Positions 8,445 to 20,955 of a stretch of DNA of 64,000 nt are shown piece after piece. The stretch lies in the NCBI GenBank assembly GCA_032161105.1, contig JAVHTD010000005.1; one strand, 5' to 3'. A program made the position numbers and the translations under genes. Under the pieces are notes generated by a model. It did not search any database. It saw only the letters and a list, made by a program, of their open reading frames with translations, and was not told the origin of the DNA. This DNA is from Candidatus Thermosaccharophagus tengchongensis. Lineage in GTDB: Bacteria > Armatimonadota > Fervidibacteria > Fervidibacterales > Thermosaccharophagaceae. The stretch's first letter is position 1. Every line of letters starts with the position of its first letter.

Positions 8445-9161
8445 TCAAAAGCAAGGCTGGCTCTCATTGCACTTTGAGCGAATCCAAAGTGTCAACGCCT
8501 CGGCGATGGCGTTGGCAGCCTTCCTCTGGAAAGTCTCATTGGCTAAGCGCTGTGCCTCTTTCGGGTTTGATATAAAGCCAAGTTCAACGAGGACTGCCGG
8601 TGTTGATGCCCAAACGAGTGCAGTAAGCGGTTGCTTGACGATGCCTCTGTCCTTCATACCGAGCCTCTTGCAAAGGATGGCTTGCATCATTTGGGCGAGT
8701 TGTTCGCTTTCGTCCCCCCAGTAGTGCACAGATAAACCATTTGGATGGGGGCTGCGAAAACTGTTCGTGTGAATGGAGACAAAGACATCAGCGCCGATAT
8801 GCGAAGCGAGGCGAGAACGCTCAATCAAATTGAGTGGCGTGAATTCGCCATCCCTCGTCGTCACCGCAATCCAACCGTTGCTCTCAAGGCTCTCGCAAAG
8901 GCGATTTGTCACCTGAATAGTGACATCGGCTTCGCGTATGCCATAATGTGTAGCGCCGTAATCAAGCAACCCCCAATCAGTAAACGCTCCATGACCAGCA
9001 TCAATAACAGCAATGGGACGCCTGCTTACGGACGGTGCTTTAATGCGATAATGGTTGTGAGCGCGCCAAGATACAAAGGAAATGCCTAAGCAGGTTAACG
9101 CTATGAGAAGGGCAGTGATGTGAATGCGAATTGTCTTCATGGCAATCATCCTGCCCATCAT
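8445..9161 (-). CDS. N-acetylmuramoyl-L-alanine amidase (Amidase_3)
   Basis: IDAGHG, READ, FVSIHTNS, PAVLVELGFISNPKE; N-terminal membrane anchor. Start may be 9140. Confidence 0.9.
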   Translation of the reverse strand: MMGRMIAMKTIRIHITALLIALTCLGISFVSWRAHNHYRIKAPSVSRRPIAVIDAGHGAFTDWGLLDYGATHYGIREADVTIQVTNRLCESLESNGWIAVTTRDGEFTPLNLIERSRLASHIGADVFVSIHTNSFRSPHPNGLSVHYWGDESEQLAQMMQAILCKRLGMKDRGIVKQPLTALVWASTPAVLVELGFISNPKEAQRLANETFQRKAANAIAEALTLWIRSKCNESQPCF

Positions 9162-9678
9162 CGTCAGCAGCTGTGCTCGCTTTCAAAGACCATCACCCGT
9201 TGTCTTAGAGGCACATCGCATGTGCGCCCTCGCCCACTGCCTTAAAGGCGCATATGAGCATTGGACAGCAGTGCAAATGGCTCAGACCATCGCTGCGAAC
9301 ATTCCATCAAAGCCAGCCATCACATTTGCCAAGCTTTCAAAGCTCAGCACGGACAAGCCAGTTGATCACAGACGCTGGCTCATTGGGCGCCTGTATATGC
9401 TCGCTGCGTCCCGTTATATTTTGGGTGCGCTTGAGGAGCTTGAGCGCGATAAGTTAATCAGCGCACAGCAACTTTGCGATAGCGCCCGCCAGTGCCTTAA
9501 AAACTGCATACCTCACCTCCCTCAATGGGAGCGCTCAAGCGCCATTGGATATATTGCCCGCCTTGAGAGGGTAACCCAGCGCATTGCAGCTGACAGGGAT
9601 TATGCCTTCATTCACCTCAAGGCGCTGCAGTTCAAGGTTGAAAGGCACGCCCTTTATGTCCCACCGGAACCGAAGTAA
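9124..9678 (+). CDS. Hypothetical lipoprotein
   Basis: MRIVFMAIILPIIVSS|C lipobox-like signal. It is the only long ORF filling the gap between the amidase and the M48 gene. Confidence 0.6.
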   Translation: MRIVFMAIILPIIVSSCARFQRPSPVVLEAHRMCALAHCLKGAYEHWTAVQMAQTIAANIPSKPAITFAKLSKLSTDKPVDHRRWLIGRLYMLAASRYILGALEELERDKLISAQQLCDSARQCLKNCIPHLPQWERSSAIGYIARLERVTQRIAADRDYAFIHLKALQFKVERHALYVPPEPK

Positions 9679-9679
9679 G

Positions 9680-11527
9680 CTACCGGCGCTGCTGTGCGCC
9701 GGGATTGGGCGAAACAGGATTGAGGGCTATGAACTGCGGCTCTACAGCGTCAGTCGCGATTCGCTGCGCTTGCCTTTGAGCAAGATTGATAGCCCACACT
9801 TCCCAATGTTTGCCTGCGGCGGGTTTAAACGCATAAGCGAGCATTGCATCGTCGTTTGAAAAGCTCAGCGAAGCGCATACACCATCCCTTGTCTCAACCG
9901 GCATAGCCTCGCAGATTGATGTGCGAAGGAGCTTTATCATGTCCGCTTTCGGTTTCACCTGCGGCATATCTCCAACCCATATTTCGCATCTTGAATTGCT
10001 GATGCGCTTCAGCGCGAACTTCTTGCACGAGTGTCCAATGACAAAGTTGGCGGCGTTGTCCAGCAATTCGTGCAATGTGCCAGTGCGCTCTTCAAGGCAA
10101 AGCAGCATTGCCTTCCCCGTTCTGTCCACCGCGCTGATGATGAGCAATGCCGCATCCACCCAATATGCTTGCAAACTGGCTTGGGTAAACCTGCCATGCA
10201 ACTTCTGCCAGCCTTGCACGCCCTCAAGATGCCCCTTTCCCAAATCACACGATAACAGTTCCCAATCACCATTCGCATTCGCAACGGGAACGAACAATCT
10301 TTTGTGCGGTGCTTGCCAAATAATCCCGCCCTTAGGCTCTCTCTCACCCAATGGAAGCACATTGCTCCTCATCCGCTCAACATCAATCAGCACAAGCTGC
10401 CATGAGTCACCTTCGTATGTAACTGCTGCGAGCATCTTCCCATCGGGCGACAGCGATGGCAGCCCACTTTCGGCTTGCGGCATGGATATCGCTACAAGGT
10501 GTTCGGTTTGAATGCGCGAGTCCGGATGGACCGTCAACATCACAACGCGTGCATTCCCCTGAGATGGAGTTAGGACGAATATGCGGTTGGAGTTAACGGT
10601 AGCCCGATACCAGGCAATGCCCATTTCTGACTGCTTTCTTTCGTCCCTTATTGCCCACAGCTCCATCTTGCGCTCGTCGTGTGCCATGAAAATGGACGCA
10701 CCACTCACATAGCAAATTGGCTGAGTGAGAAATGGCGTGCTGGATGAGGAGAGCAGAGTTTGCAATTGCTCCTTCAAGGGCGCGGTGGTTATTTCAACTC
10801 CGAGCTGCTTTAATAGGCGCTTCATCCTTTCATCAGCACCCGGGTGGGTTGAGAAATAGCGCTCTAAGCCCCTCAGCTTACGGTCGGCAAATTTGCTCAA
10901 CATGCTTATCGCACCCCATGGATTGTAGCCGGCTGCTTGCATATACTTCAAAGCGAAGCTATCGGCTTCCCTCTCCTGATTTCGGCTATACCCGAGACGC
11001 TGCATTGTGTAGAGCACATCAGCTGCCGTCCTCAAAACCTGTGGTGCGTTGCCAAGCAGTATTGATGCGAGCACGGAGAGTATGGTATCTTGGCTAACAG
11101 CCTTGCGCACATGCCTCCCAACAACATGTCCGACTTCGTGCGCAATCACGAACGCCAGTTCATCATCCGATGTCACCGTCTCAAGCAAGCCGCGCGTAAG
11201 GTAAATGAATCCGCCCGGCAACGCCATTGCGTTGGGCTCTTCAATATCCAGTATCTTGAACTCGTATGGCATATCCTTGCGGTCACACACCGAAAGTATG
11301 CTCACACCAATCCGCCTAACACGGCTGAGTTGAGCTTGGTCTTCCCATAGCGGTATTTGGGACTCAATCTCTTTGGCGACTCTCTGACCGAGTGCTATCT
11401 CTGAACCGCGCGTGAAAATGTCTATCGCAGCAGCCTTGGCGTTTAACATCAGAAGCGCCAACTGAAAAGTCGCCATCCTTACGATGAGGTTACATCTTGC
11501 AGCCCTCAATTCATGCATCTTTAACAC
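9680..11527 (-). CDS. M48 family metalloprotease with C-terminal TolB-like beta-propeller
   Basis: PNAMALPGG, HEVGH, YSRNQEREAD, STHP; PD40-like repeats (PSLSPDGK, SFSNDD). Signal peptide. Confidence 0.88.
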   Translation of the reverse strand: MLKMHELRAARCNLIVRMATFQLALLMLNAKAAAIDIFTRGSEIALGQRVAKEIESQIPLWEDQAQLSRVRRIGVSILSVCDRKDMPYEFKILDIEEPNAMALPGGFIYLTRGLLETVTSDDELAFVIAHEVGHVVGRHVRKAVSQDTILSVLASILLGNAPQVLRTAADVLYTMQRLGYSRNQEREADSFALKYMQAAGYNPWGAISMLSKFADRKLRGLERYFSTHPGADERMKRLLKQLGVEITTAPLKEQLQTLLSSSSTPFLTQPICYVSGASIFMAHDERKMELWAIRDERKQSEMGIAWYRATVNSNRIFVLTPSQGNARVVMLTVHPDSRIQTEHLVAISMPQAESGLPSLSPDGKMLAAVTYEGDSWQLVLIDVERMRSNVLPLGEREPKGGIIWQAPHKRLFVPVANANGDWELLSCDLGKGHLEGVQGWQKLHGRFTQASLQAYWVDAALLIISAVDRTGKAMLLCLEERTGTLHELLDNAANFVIGHSCKKFALKRISNSRCEIWVGDMPQVKPKADMIKLLRTSICEAMPVETRDGVCASLSFSNDDAMLAYAFKPAAGKHWEVWAINLAQRQAQRIATDAVEPQFIALNPVSPNPGAQQRR

Positions 11528-11557
11528 CCCATGAGTTTCCTTTCGTGAGCCATCATG

Positions 11558-12565
11558 CTACGCACACCTATTCTTGCACCTGTTTTTGGCTTTGCCACGC
11601 TTAAGAGTGAACTCAAGCTGGCGCAGCCTCTCACGCCTATGCCAGAAGGCGATCGTCAATCCTGCAACTATGGTTAGCGAGGCGCCAATTGCGAGCATCA
11701 ACAGCGCCATCATGGGCGCCTCGGCAACGAAGTAAATCGCACATGCAATGCAAAGCAATGCCCCAACCGAAAGCGAGGCGCTCACCGCCGGAGCTATGGC
11801 ACCTCTTTTCCACCTTGACGGATGCTTGGCTATCTCCGCCTTCTGCTGTTCCAACACTGGCTGTGCAGCCGTTGCCTCTGAGTTGCTAACCTCCTTCAAG
11901 ATTGCAGCGAGTTCATTTAGGAGGCACTCATTGTTTGCTATCCTCATTTGCAGCGCATTTACAGCACTCTCACCACCAATATGCGCAATCGCCCTGCCTA
12001 TGAGGGTGCGTATGTTCTCATCCTCTTCGGAGATGAACGCACTGATGAGTGCCTCAACTGCCCTCTGGTCGCCTATTTGCACGAGCGCTTGTATGACAGC
12101 CCTGCGCACATCCCTATTCGGATCAGTCAGCGCAGCCAATAGGGCTGGCACTGCACGGCTATCTTTAAGTTCGCCGAGCGATTGTGCTGCTGCAGCGCGA
12201 ACCGTGAGTGGTTCACCGGTGAGTGAGCGGATATCAGTTTGACTCGTTGCATCAAATAGGGCGTGAATAAGTGGCTCAAGAGCCCTTGTGTCCTTAAGTT
12301 TTCCGAGGGCAACGGCTGCATGAATGCGAACAAGCGGTTCTCTATCCTTCAGGGCTCGTATAAGGGTTGGTGTGGCGCTCTTGTCTCCGATGCAGCCCAG
12401 TAGGGCTGCGATGAGATGCCTTGCAGGATGGCTTGGCTCTTCAAGAGCTTGTATGAGTGGCTTCACAGCTGCCTCGCCGAGGCTTATCAATATTTCACCC
12501 GCTCGCATACGCACAAGCTCATCATCGGAACCAAGTTCCTGTATCAGCTCATCAATGGTGTCCAT
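11558..12565 (-). CDS. HEAT/PBS-lyase repeat protein with two C-terminal TM helices
   Basis: Repeated VR..AA.ALG.L.D.RA...LI.AL.D units; hydrophobic C-terminus. Confidence 0.85.
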   Translation of the reverse strand: MDTIDELIQELGSDDELVRMRAGEILISLGEAAVKPLIQALEEPSHPARHLIAALLGCIGDKSATPTLIRALKDREPLVRIHAAVALGKLKDTRALEPLIHALFDATSQTDIRSLTGEPLTVRAAAAQSLGELKDSRAVPALLAALTDPNRDVRRAVIQALVQIGDQRAVEALISAFISEEDENIRTLIGRAIAHIGGESAVNALQMRIANNECLLNELAAILKEVSNSEATAAQPVLEQQKAEIAKHPSRWKRGAIAPAVSASLSVGALLCIACAIYFVAEAPMMALLMLAIGASLTIVAGLTIAFWHRRERLRQLEFTLKRGKAKNRCKNRCA

Positions 12566-12706
12566 CGCAATGTCACCTCATCACAGCAGCATGCGAGCGT
12601 TTATTGTGCCTACTTCAAAATGATAGCATTGGGGTGGGGCTAAGCGACAACCTTAGAGCGCGATTTGTGGAAGCTTGCCGTTCGCTATCAACGCTCAAAG
12701 TTTTAG

Positions 12707-13639
12707 TCAGCTGCTGTTCATGCTCTCCCATGCTTCTATTCCGGCTCTAATTGCAGCAGCTGAGCAGAGAAGCCGCTGCTTCTCCTCCTCTGTGAGCTCA
12801 ATCTCCACAATCTCGGCAACACCGCTGCGGCAGAGCCTGACTGGAACACCCATGAAAACACCGCTTACGCCGTATTCCCCGTCAAGCCACACTGACGCCG
12901 GAATAACCCTGCGCTCATCATTGACTATTGCTTTGACCATGACTGCAACTGCAGCTCCCGGGGCAAGCGCTGCGCTCCCGGTTTTGAGCAGCCTGACGAT
13001 CTCACCGCCTGCATCCCTTGTCCTTTCAACAATGTGCTGTAAGCTGCTCTCATCAAGCATCTCTGTAACCGGTCTGCCGATGGCAATTGCGTGCCTCACC
13101 AGAGGGAGCATTGTCTCACCGTGCTCACCGATGACCATTCCATGCACATCCTTAACAGGCACAGAAAGCGATGCTGAGAGCAGCCACCTGAAGCGAGCTG
13201 AGTCAAGGACTCCACCTTGCCCGATGACTCGCTCCCTCGGAAAGCCAGTTACCCGCCACGCAACATAGCTCATAACATCAACCGGATTGGTCACGACTAT
13301 CAGGATGCAATTAGGTGCATGCTGTGATACAGCCCTGCACACGCTTTCAACTATGCGCCCATTCTCCCGAAGCAAGTCCATCCTTGTCATTCCCGGCTCC
13401 CTGCGTTTGCCACTCGCTATCACCACGACCTCGCTTCCCTCAATTGCTGCAATGTCGCTTGAGCCAGCCACTTTGCAGTCAATGTCAAGCACTGCAAGCG
13501 CATGTGATATATCCAACGCCTTGCCCTCAGCAAGCCCTTCAACTATGTCAACGATTATCACCTCTCCGAGTCCCAATTCAGCAATCTTATGAGCGGCAGC
13601 TGTCCCAACTAACCCCGCACCGATAATCGCTACTTTCAT
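12707..13639 (-). CDS. mdh: Malate dehydrogenase (LDH-like, NAD-dependent)
   Basis: IIGAGLVG, KRREPGMTRMDLL (Arg at the specificity position), VTNPVD, VLDSARF, GEHG. Confidence 0.9.
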   Translation of the reverse strand: MKVAIIGAGLVGTAAAHKIAELGLGEVIIVDIVEGLAEGKALDISHALAVLDIDCKVAGSSDIAAIEGSEVVVIASGKRREPGMTRMDLLRENGRIVESVCRAVSQHAPNCILIVVTNPVDVMSYVAWRVTGFPRERVIGQGGVLDSARFRWLLSASLSVPVKDVHGMVIGEHGETMLPLVRHAIAIGRPVTEMLDESSLQHIVERTRDAGGEIVRLLKTGSAALAPGAAVAVMVKAIVNDERRVIPASVWLDGEYGVSGVFMGVPVRLCRSGVAEIVEIELTEEEKQRLLCSAAAIRAGIEAWESMNSS

Positions 13640-13685
13640 TCAAGCACCCCCATTCTTCCGCCATTGAGTTCGCATGGTTATGGCA

Positions 13686-14846
13686 TCACTGGCACTTCAG
13701 CTTGAGTTCCGTGAGTGCCTCACGGGTTAGCTTCGCAAGCCAAACCGCAATTCCCTTGAGATACCACTTCATCACATCGGATTGCTTTTCGCCGTCACGC
13801 ATTGCAGCAACGAGCTCAAGCTCATCGGATTTGACCTCCCGCGATTGCGCATAAACCGATGCGGCGATCTTTTGAGTCCAGATTAGCCATCCACTCATCC
13901 CCTCCATCTCGCGCATGCGTTGCTCGCACAACGAGAGCTTGATGAGGATTGCTATTGCCCTTCTGCGCTGCCATGGCTTTGCAAGTCTTACATCCACTTC
14001 GGCACCCTTCAACTGCTCGCTCAGGCATTCGTCGAAGGCAGGCTTCATCATCTCCGAGAGCGCAGCGCTGAACCATGGGATTTGAATGTCCAAATCAACA
14101 ATCACTTCAACCAAGCCCTTTGGTGGCCGGATAGCAATGCGGTATTGTGGCTCCGGGATTGGGAGGGCAGCTAATCTTTGTAGCCGTTGCGCTGCACTCG
14201 GGTGTGTTGAAAGCCACGCATCTATTGCCGCAGCTTCAGAATGGGAGAGCCTTTCAAGCACGCTCAACGATGCCCTTGCGTCAAACCCGGCTTTAGCCAT
14301 CAGCTTGATTGCAAGTTCATCGGCGGTGCATTCAAGCTCTTGTGAGTAAGCGGAGCGTATGAGACCCGCAATGGCTCTGATGCTCTCCGATAATAGCGCC
14401 CTATCAACATACGGCTCAATCAACGGTTTCTTACCCAACGGGATGCTTGAATATGGGACGCGCTTTGCATCACCTCTGATAGCATGAGCGAGTTCGTGCG
14501 CGAGCACGAATGCCACCTCATCAACCGTGTGGAGCAAAGAGAGAAGCCGTTCGGTGATGAGTATTTCGTTTGTCGGGAGAGTGATTGCGTTTGCGAACGG
14601 CGCATCAATCACAAGCACTTTGTAGCTGGCATCCATCTCGGATGCCCTAATTAAGGCATTCATTATCTCATCCAACTCCCAATCGCTCTCCGGCGAGAAC
14701 CTTTGAACGAGTTCACGCAATGCCTCGGCTTTATCCGTCGGCTGATTTGCCGAGGAGGTTATTGGAGTTTCTGCCAACACAATGCATGCGATGATGAGCG
14801 TCATAATGGACTTTGCCTTCCTGCGTGCACCTTCCATCGCGCGCAA
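13686..14846 (-). CDS. M48 family metalloprotease, secreted
   Basis: NAITLP, VLAHELAH, YSQELECTAD, STHP; N-terminal signal. Confidence 0.85.
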   Translation of the reverse strand: MRAMEGARRKAKSIMTLIIACIVLAETPITSSANQPTDKAEALRELVQRFSPESDWELDEIMNALIRASEMDASYKVLVIDAPFANAITLPTNEILITERLLSLLHTVDEVAFVLAHELAHAIRGDAKRVPYSSIPLGKKPLIEPYVDRALLSESIRAIAGLIRSAYSQELECTADELAIKLMAKAGFDARASLSVLERLSHSEAAAIDAWLSTHPSAAQRLQRLAALPIPEPQYRIAIRPPKGLVEVIVDLDIQIPWFSAALSEMMKPAFDECLSEQLKGAEVDVRLAKPWQRRRAIAILIKLSLCEQRMREMEGMSGWLIWTQKIAASVYAQSREVKSDELELVAAMRDGEKQSDVMKWYLKGIAVWLAKLTREALTELKLKCQ

Positions 14847-14927
14847 GTCACCTCAGGCGAAATGGAGTGACGGCTATGTCAGAATTGTAGCAGCAGCGTT
14901 GCTTTCGGCTTATCGGAGGTGATAGCA

Positions 14928-15695
14928 ATGCACACTGTATCCCTCTCCGAGATGACCCTCCGCATGGTCAAGGAGCAGCAATACGAAGTGGCAGTGCTCC
15001 CAATCGGGTCTTGTGAGCAACACGGAATGCACCTGCCATACGGCACCGACTCGTTTGAAGCGGAGTTGATAGCGAAGCGAGTTTGCGAACGGGCGGTTGA
15101 GCTCGGCGCAAAAGTTGTATTGCTGCCAACTATACCGTATGGCGTTAACAGCAACATGCTCGCCTTCCCATTGACGATCCACATTCAACCATCAACCTTG
15201 AACGCCTTTGTAAGGGATATCATATGCTCCCTTGAAAGGCACGGCATAAGGAAAATCGTTCTCTTCAATGGTCACGGCGGGAACGAGTTTAAACCTTTGC
15301 TAAGGGAGATTTATGGGCACACAAGCGCTTTCGTGTGCGTGGTTGAGTGGTGGAAGGTGGCTGGCGACATCTACCCCGAACTGTTTGAGGAGCCCGGGGA
15401 ACATTCGGGCGCTGTGGAGACAAGCGTTTCCTTGGCGCTGTTTCCTCACCTCATTCACATGGAGTGGGCTGATGAGGGTAAAGTTCGCCAAAGCAGGTTT
15501 GAGGCGATCAACGAAAGGTGGGTTGACATTGTGCGCCCATGGGAGCGCTTGACATTTACCGGTGGACAGGGCAACCCGAAGGAGGCAACCGCGGAGAAGG
15601 GGGAGAGGATCATAAACATCGTCGTTGAGAGGATAGCCAAGTTTTTGGCGGAGCTATCGGAATCGCCGATTGATGAGCTGTTCCCATACATGTGA
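14928..15695 (+). CDS. Creatininase/creatinine amidohydrolase family protein
   Basis: LPIGSCEQHGMHLPYGTD, NGHGGN, HSGAVETS, ATAEKG. Confidence 0.9.
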   Translation: MHTVSLSEMTLRMVKEQQYEVAVLPIGSCEQHGMHLPYGTDSFEAELIAKRVCERAVELGAKVVLLPTIPYGVNSNMLAFPLTIHIQPSTLNAFVRDIICSLERHGIRKIVLFNGHGGNEFKPLLREIYGHTSAFVCVVEWWKVAGDIYPELFEEPGEHSGAVETSVSLALFPHLIHMEWADEGKVRQSRFEAINERWVDIVRPWERLTFTGGQGNPKEATAEKGERIINIVVERIAKFLAELSESPIDELFPYM

Positions 15696-15702
15696 AGTTG
15701 AA

Positions 15703-16092
15703 TCAACCACCCTTCGCAACAAGCACAACACCGATGCATATGAGCGCGACACCGGCAAGCCGGATCGCCGGCGGTGTCTGATTAAACAGCACCCATGAGA
15801 TCAGCACTATGATGACTTGGTTGAGGGCGACAAAGGGATATGCGTATCCGATGCCGCGCTTTGAAACAACGACAACATACAGCACCGCTGAAATAGCATA
15901 GGTGAGGAGACCGCTTATAACCTCCGGGGACAAAACGAGGTGCACCAGTTGCGGGAAAGCGCTTAAGGAGTGGACTTCGCCAACTCGCGAGGCTCCAAGT
16001 TGTATGAGCATCTGCCCGATGCCGCCCAACATGACGGCGATCAGGATCAATGCGAGTGGACTACTCGTCAGAATGCCAATCAGTGAGCCCAT
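15703..16092 (-). CDS. Small 4-TM SMR/EamA-like (ArnE/F-like) membrane transporter
   Basis: Four hydrophobic helices, AYPFVAL, GVALICIGVVLV. Confidence 0.75.
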   Translation of the reverse strand: MGSLIGILTSSPLALILIAVMLGGIGQMLIQLGASRVGEVHSLSAFPQLVHLVLSPEVISGLLTYAISAVLYVVVVSKRGIGYAYPFVALNQVIIVLISWVLFNQTPPAIRLAGVALICIGVVLVAKGG

Positions 16093-16194
16093 TCAAAACA
16101 CCTCGCTTTGGAAGCCCCCATGTGGGATGCTGTTCAATCTCGCCGCTGAGCGATGCAGTTCGGCAGCCTCGTTGAACCAGCACTTGACATGCAC

Positions 16195-16200
16195 ATTATA
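16195..16200 (-). promoter_or_regulatory. Candidate sigma70 -10 box (TATAAT) for the SMR-like gene
   Basis: ATTATA on the + strand about 100 nt upstream of the start; no clear -35. Confidence 0.3.
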
Positions 16201-16381
16201 ACGCTTCCGCTTCCCGAACTGAGTGGACATGCCAACTTGCCCGCTACTTCGGTGTGAAGAGTTTGCATCATACGCGCACCAGATAAACCTACAAAACTAC
16301 TCGCGCGCTATCATGGATAGTGAAGGCAGCAGCGCACCACTTCATCTCCGCATGAAATGCAAATTGTGAGGTGGAAAGAGA

Positions 16382-16801
16382 ATGGGAAGGACGGCGCGCT
16401 TTAGCATCTCAATGGACGAGGATTTGCTCAAGGCGTTTGATAGCCTAATACTGCGCAGGGGTTACACAAATCGCTCCGAAGCCGTTCGTGACCTTGTGCG
16501 AAACAGGCTTGTGATGGATGAGTGGGAGCATGCCAAGGGGGATGTTGTGGCTGCGGTTGCCGTCGTTTACGATCACCACAATCGCCTCGCCTTGAACAGG
16601 TTGACAGATATGCAGCACAGATTTCAGAAGCTCATCATATGCACAACGCATGTGCACCTTGATGAGCGCAATTGCCTTGAAGTGGTCATACTCCGTGGGA
16701 AGTCGCGCGCCGTCCGTGAGGCAGCTGACAAGTTGATCAGCCTGCGCGGGGTTAAGCATGGCTCAATAATGGCTACGACGACGGGAAAGGAATTGGTTTA
16801 G
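16382..16801 (+). CDS. nikR: Nickel-responsive transcriptional regulator NikR
   Basis: RHH N-terminus (RFSISM...NRSEAVRDL), YDHH, QH, HVHLDERNCLEV nickel-ligand motif. Confidence 0.95.
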   Translation: MGRTARFSISMDEDLLKAFDSLILRRGYTNRSEAVRDLVRNRLVMDEWEHAKGDVVAAVAVVYDHHNRLALNRLTDMQHRFQKLIICTTHVHLDERNCLEVVILRGKSRAVREAADKLISLRGVKHGSIMATTTGKELV

Positions 16802-16829
16802 ATTTGAGGTGCGATGTGGTGTGCCAGAG

Positions 16830-17513
16830 ATGGACGAGCAAACGGCTGAAGGATTCACATTGATAGAGCTCCTTGTGGTGCTCACCGTCATCGGGATATT
16901 GGCGGCACTGCTTTTCCCGGTTTTCGCGCGCGCCCGCGAGAAGGCGAGGCAGGCAGTTTGCACAAACAATCTACGACAGCTATATACAGCTCTTGCGATG
17001 TATGCCGATGACTATGACGGTTACTTTCCTCAAGGGCACAAGTTTGATCCAAACCGCACACCCCAGTTTTACTGGTTTTGGTTCATGGACATTCAACCAT
17101 ACCTACGCATGAGGGATGTGCTTCTTTGCCCGAGCGATCCAGACCCGCTTGAGTTTCAAGGCTACAGGTTTAACTACGCTCTCAATTACCAAGTGCCGGA
17201 AAACTTTGATCCGAACAATATCGTTGAAGCGCTTAACCCACCGGGACCACCGCTGCACGAGATTGAGAATCCGTCAAACACCATTGCGATGTGCGACGCG
17301 AACAATGTATGCATACATCATATCATCTGCCACACAGACCAGAGGGAGCTCGGATACAACGACGCCATTTGTTCCCAATACTACTGGCTTGGACCGATAA
17401 GGTTGGAGAGGCGGCACAACGGCGGCGCTAATTTCCTTTTCTTTGATGGGCATGTGAAATGGCTCACAAGGACGCGCTATGGTCAATGGACATACACGGC
17501 TGATGACGATTGA
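16830..17513 (+). CDS. Prepilin-type N-terminal cleavage/methylation, DUF1559 / H-X9-DG domain protein
   Basis: [10 protein letters not shown]...[44 protein letters not shown]. Confidence 0.92.
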   Translation: MDEQTAEGFTLIELLVVLTVIGILAALLFPVFARAREKARQAVCTNNLRQLYTALAMYADDYDGYFPQGHKFDPNRTPQFYWFWFMDIQPYLRMRDVLLCPSDPDPLEFQGYRFNYALNYQVPENFDPNNIVEALNPPGPPLHEIENPSNTIAMCDANNVCIHHIICHTDQRELGYNDAICSQYYWLGPIRLERRHNGGANFLFFDGHVKWLTRTRYGQWTYTADDD

Positions 17514-17591
17514 TTGCCTTTGCCGCTCTGTGATGATGTGGGCATTTCGGGCAGCGCGCTTGAACGCTCACCGCAACTGTTGGATGCTAAT

Positions 17592-20535
<2,944 letters not shown>

Positions 20536-20955
20536 TCCCCGAACGATGGAATGGAGTTGGAAACAACTCTCGGAGGGATAAGCCGTTGCTCAGCGCATCG
20601 CATTCAATTATGCCGCAACGAATACCTGCCAGAGTGTGCTCGCATGCTTAAATTGGCTCCACTGGCTCTCACCCCCTTCGGCGAGCAATTTATGGTAAGT
20701 GGGACGCTGTCCAACTGCACCCTTTCAACATCACTCAGCCCTTTGTGTTGTGGCAAACTGAAAATTGAGTGTCACTCACAATGCCCGCAACTTAGGGTGC
20801 TGCCTTCGGATGCGAGATGCTTTTGGCATGTCCCCATGGCAGTGCTATGTGTGCAATTTGGGTTGCTTGTATGGCATCATTTGACATGGGATTTATCGGT
20901 GTATGGCAATGGTAGCTGATAGTGCGACGGGATATATGACAATCTGCTCGGGAGG

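Noticed and set aside
16252..16273. E. coli-type NikR operator (GTGTGA...TCATAC)
   Set aside because: The spacer is 10 nt rather than 16 and one arm is imperfect; too weak to call.
20536..20955. Leu/Ile attenuator, T-box or small Flp pilin gene between cimA and cpaF
   Set aside because: I could not identify a T-box consensus, a convincing leader peptide or a G|xxxxEY Flp motif.
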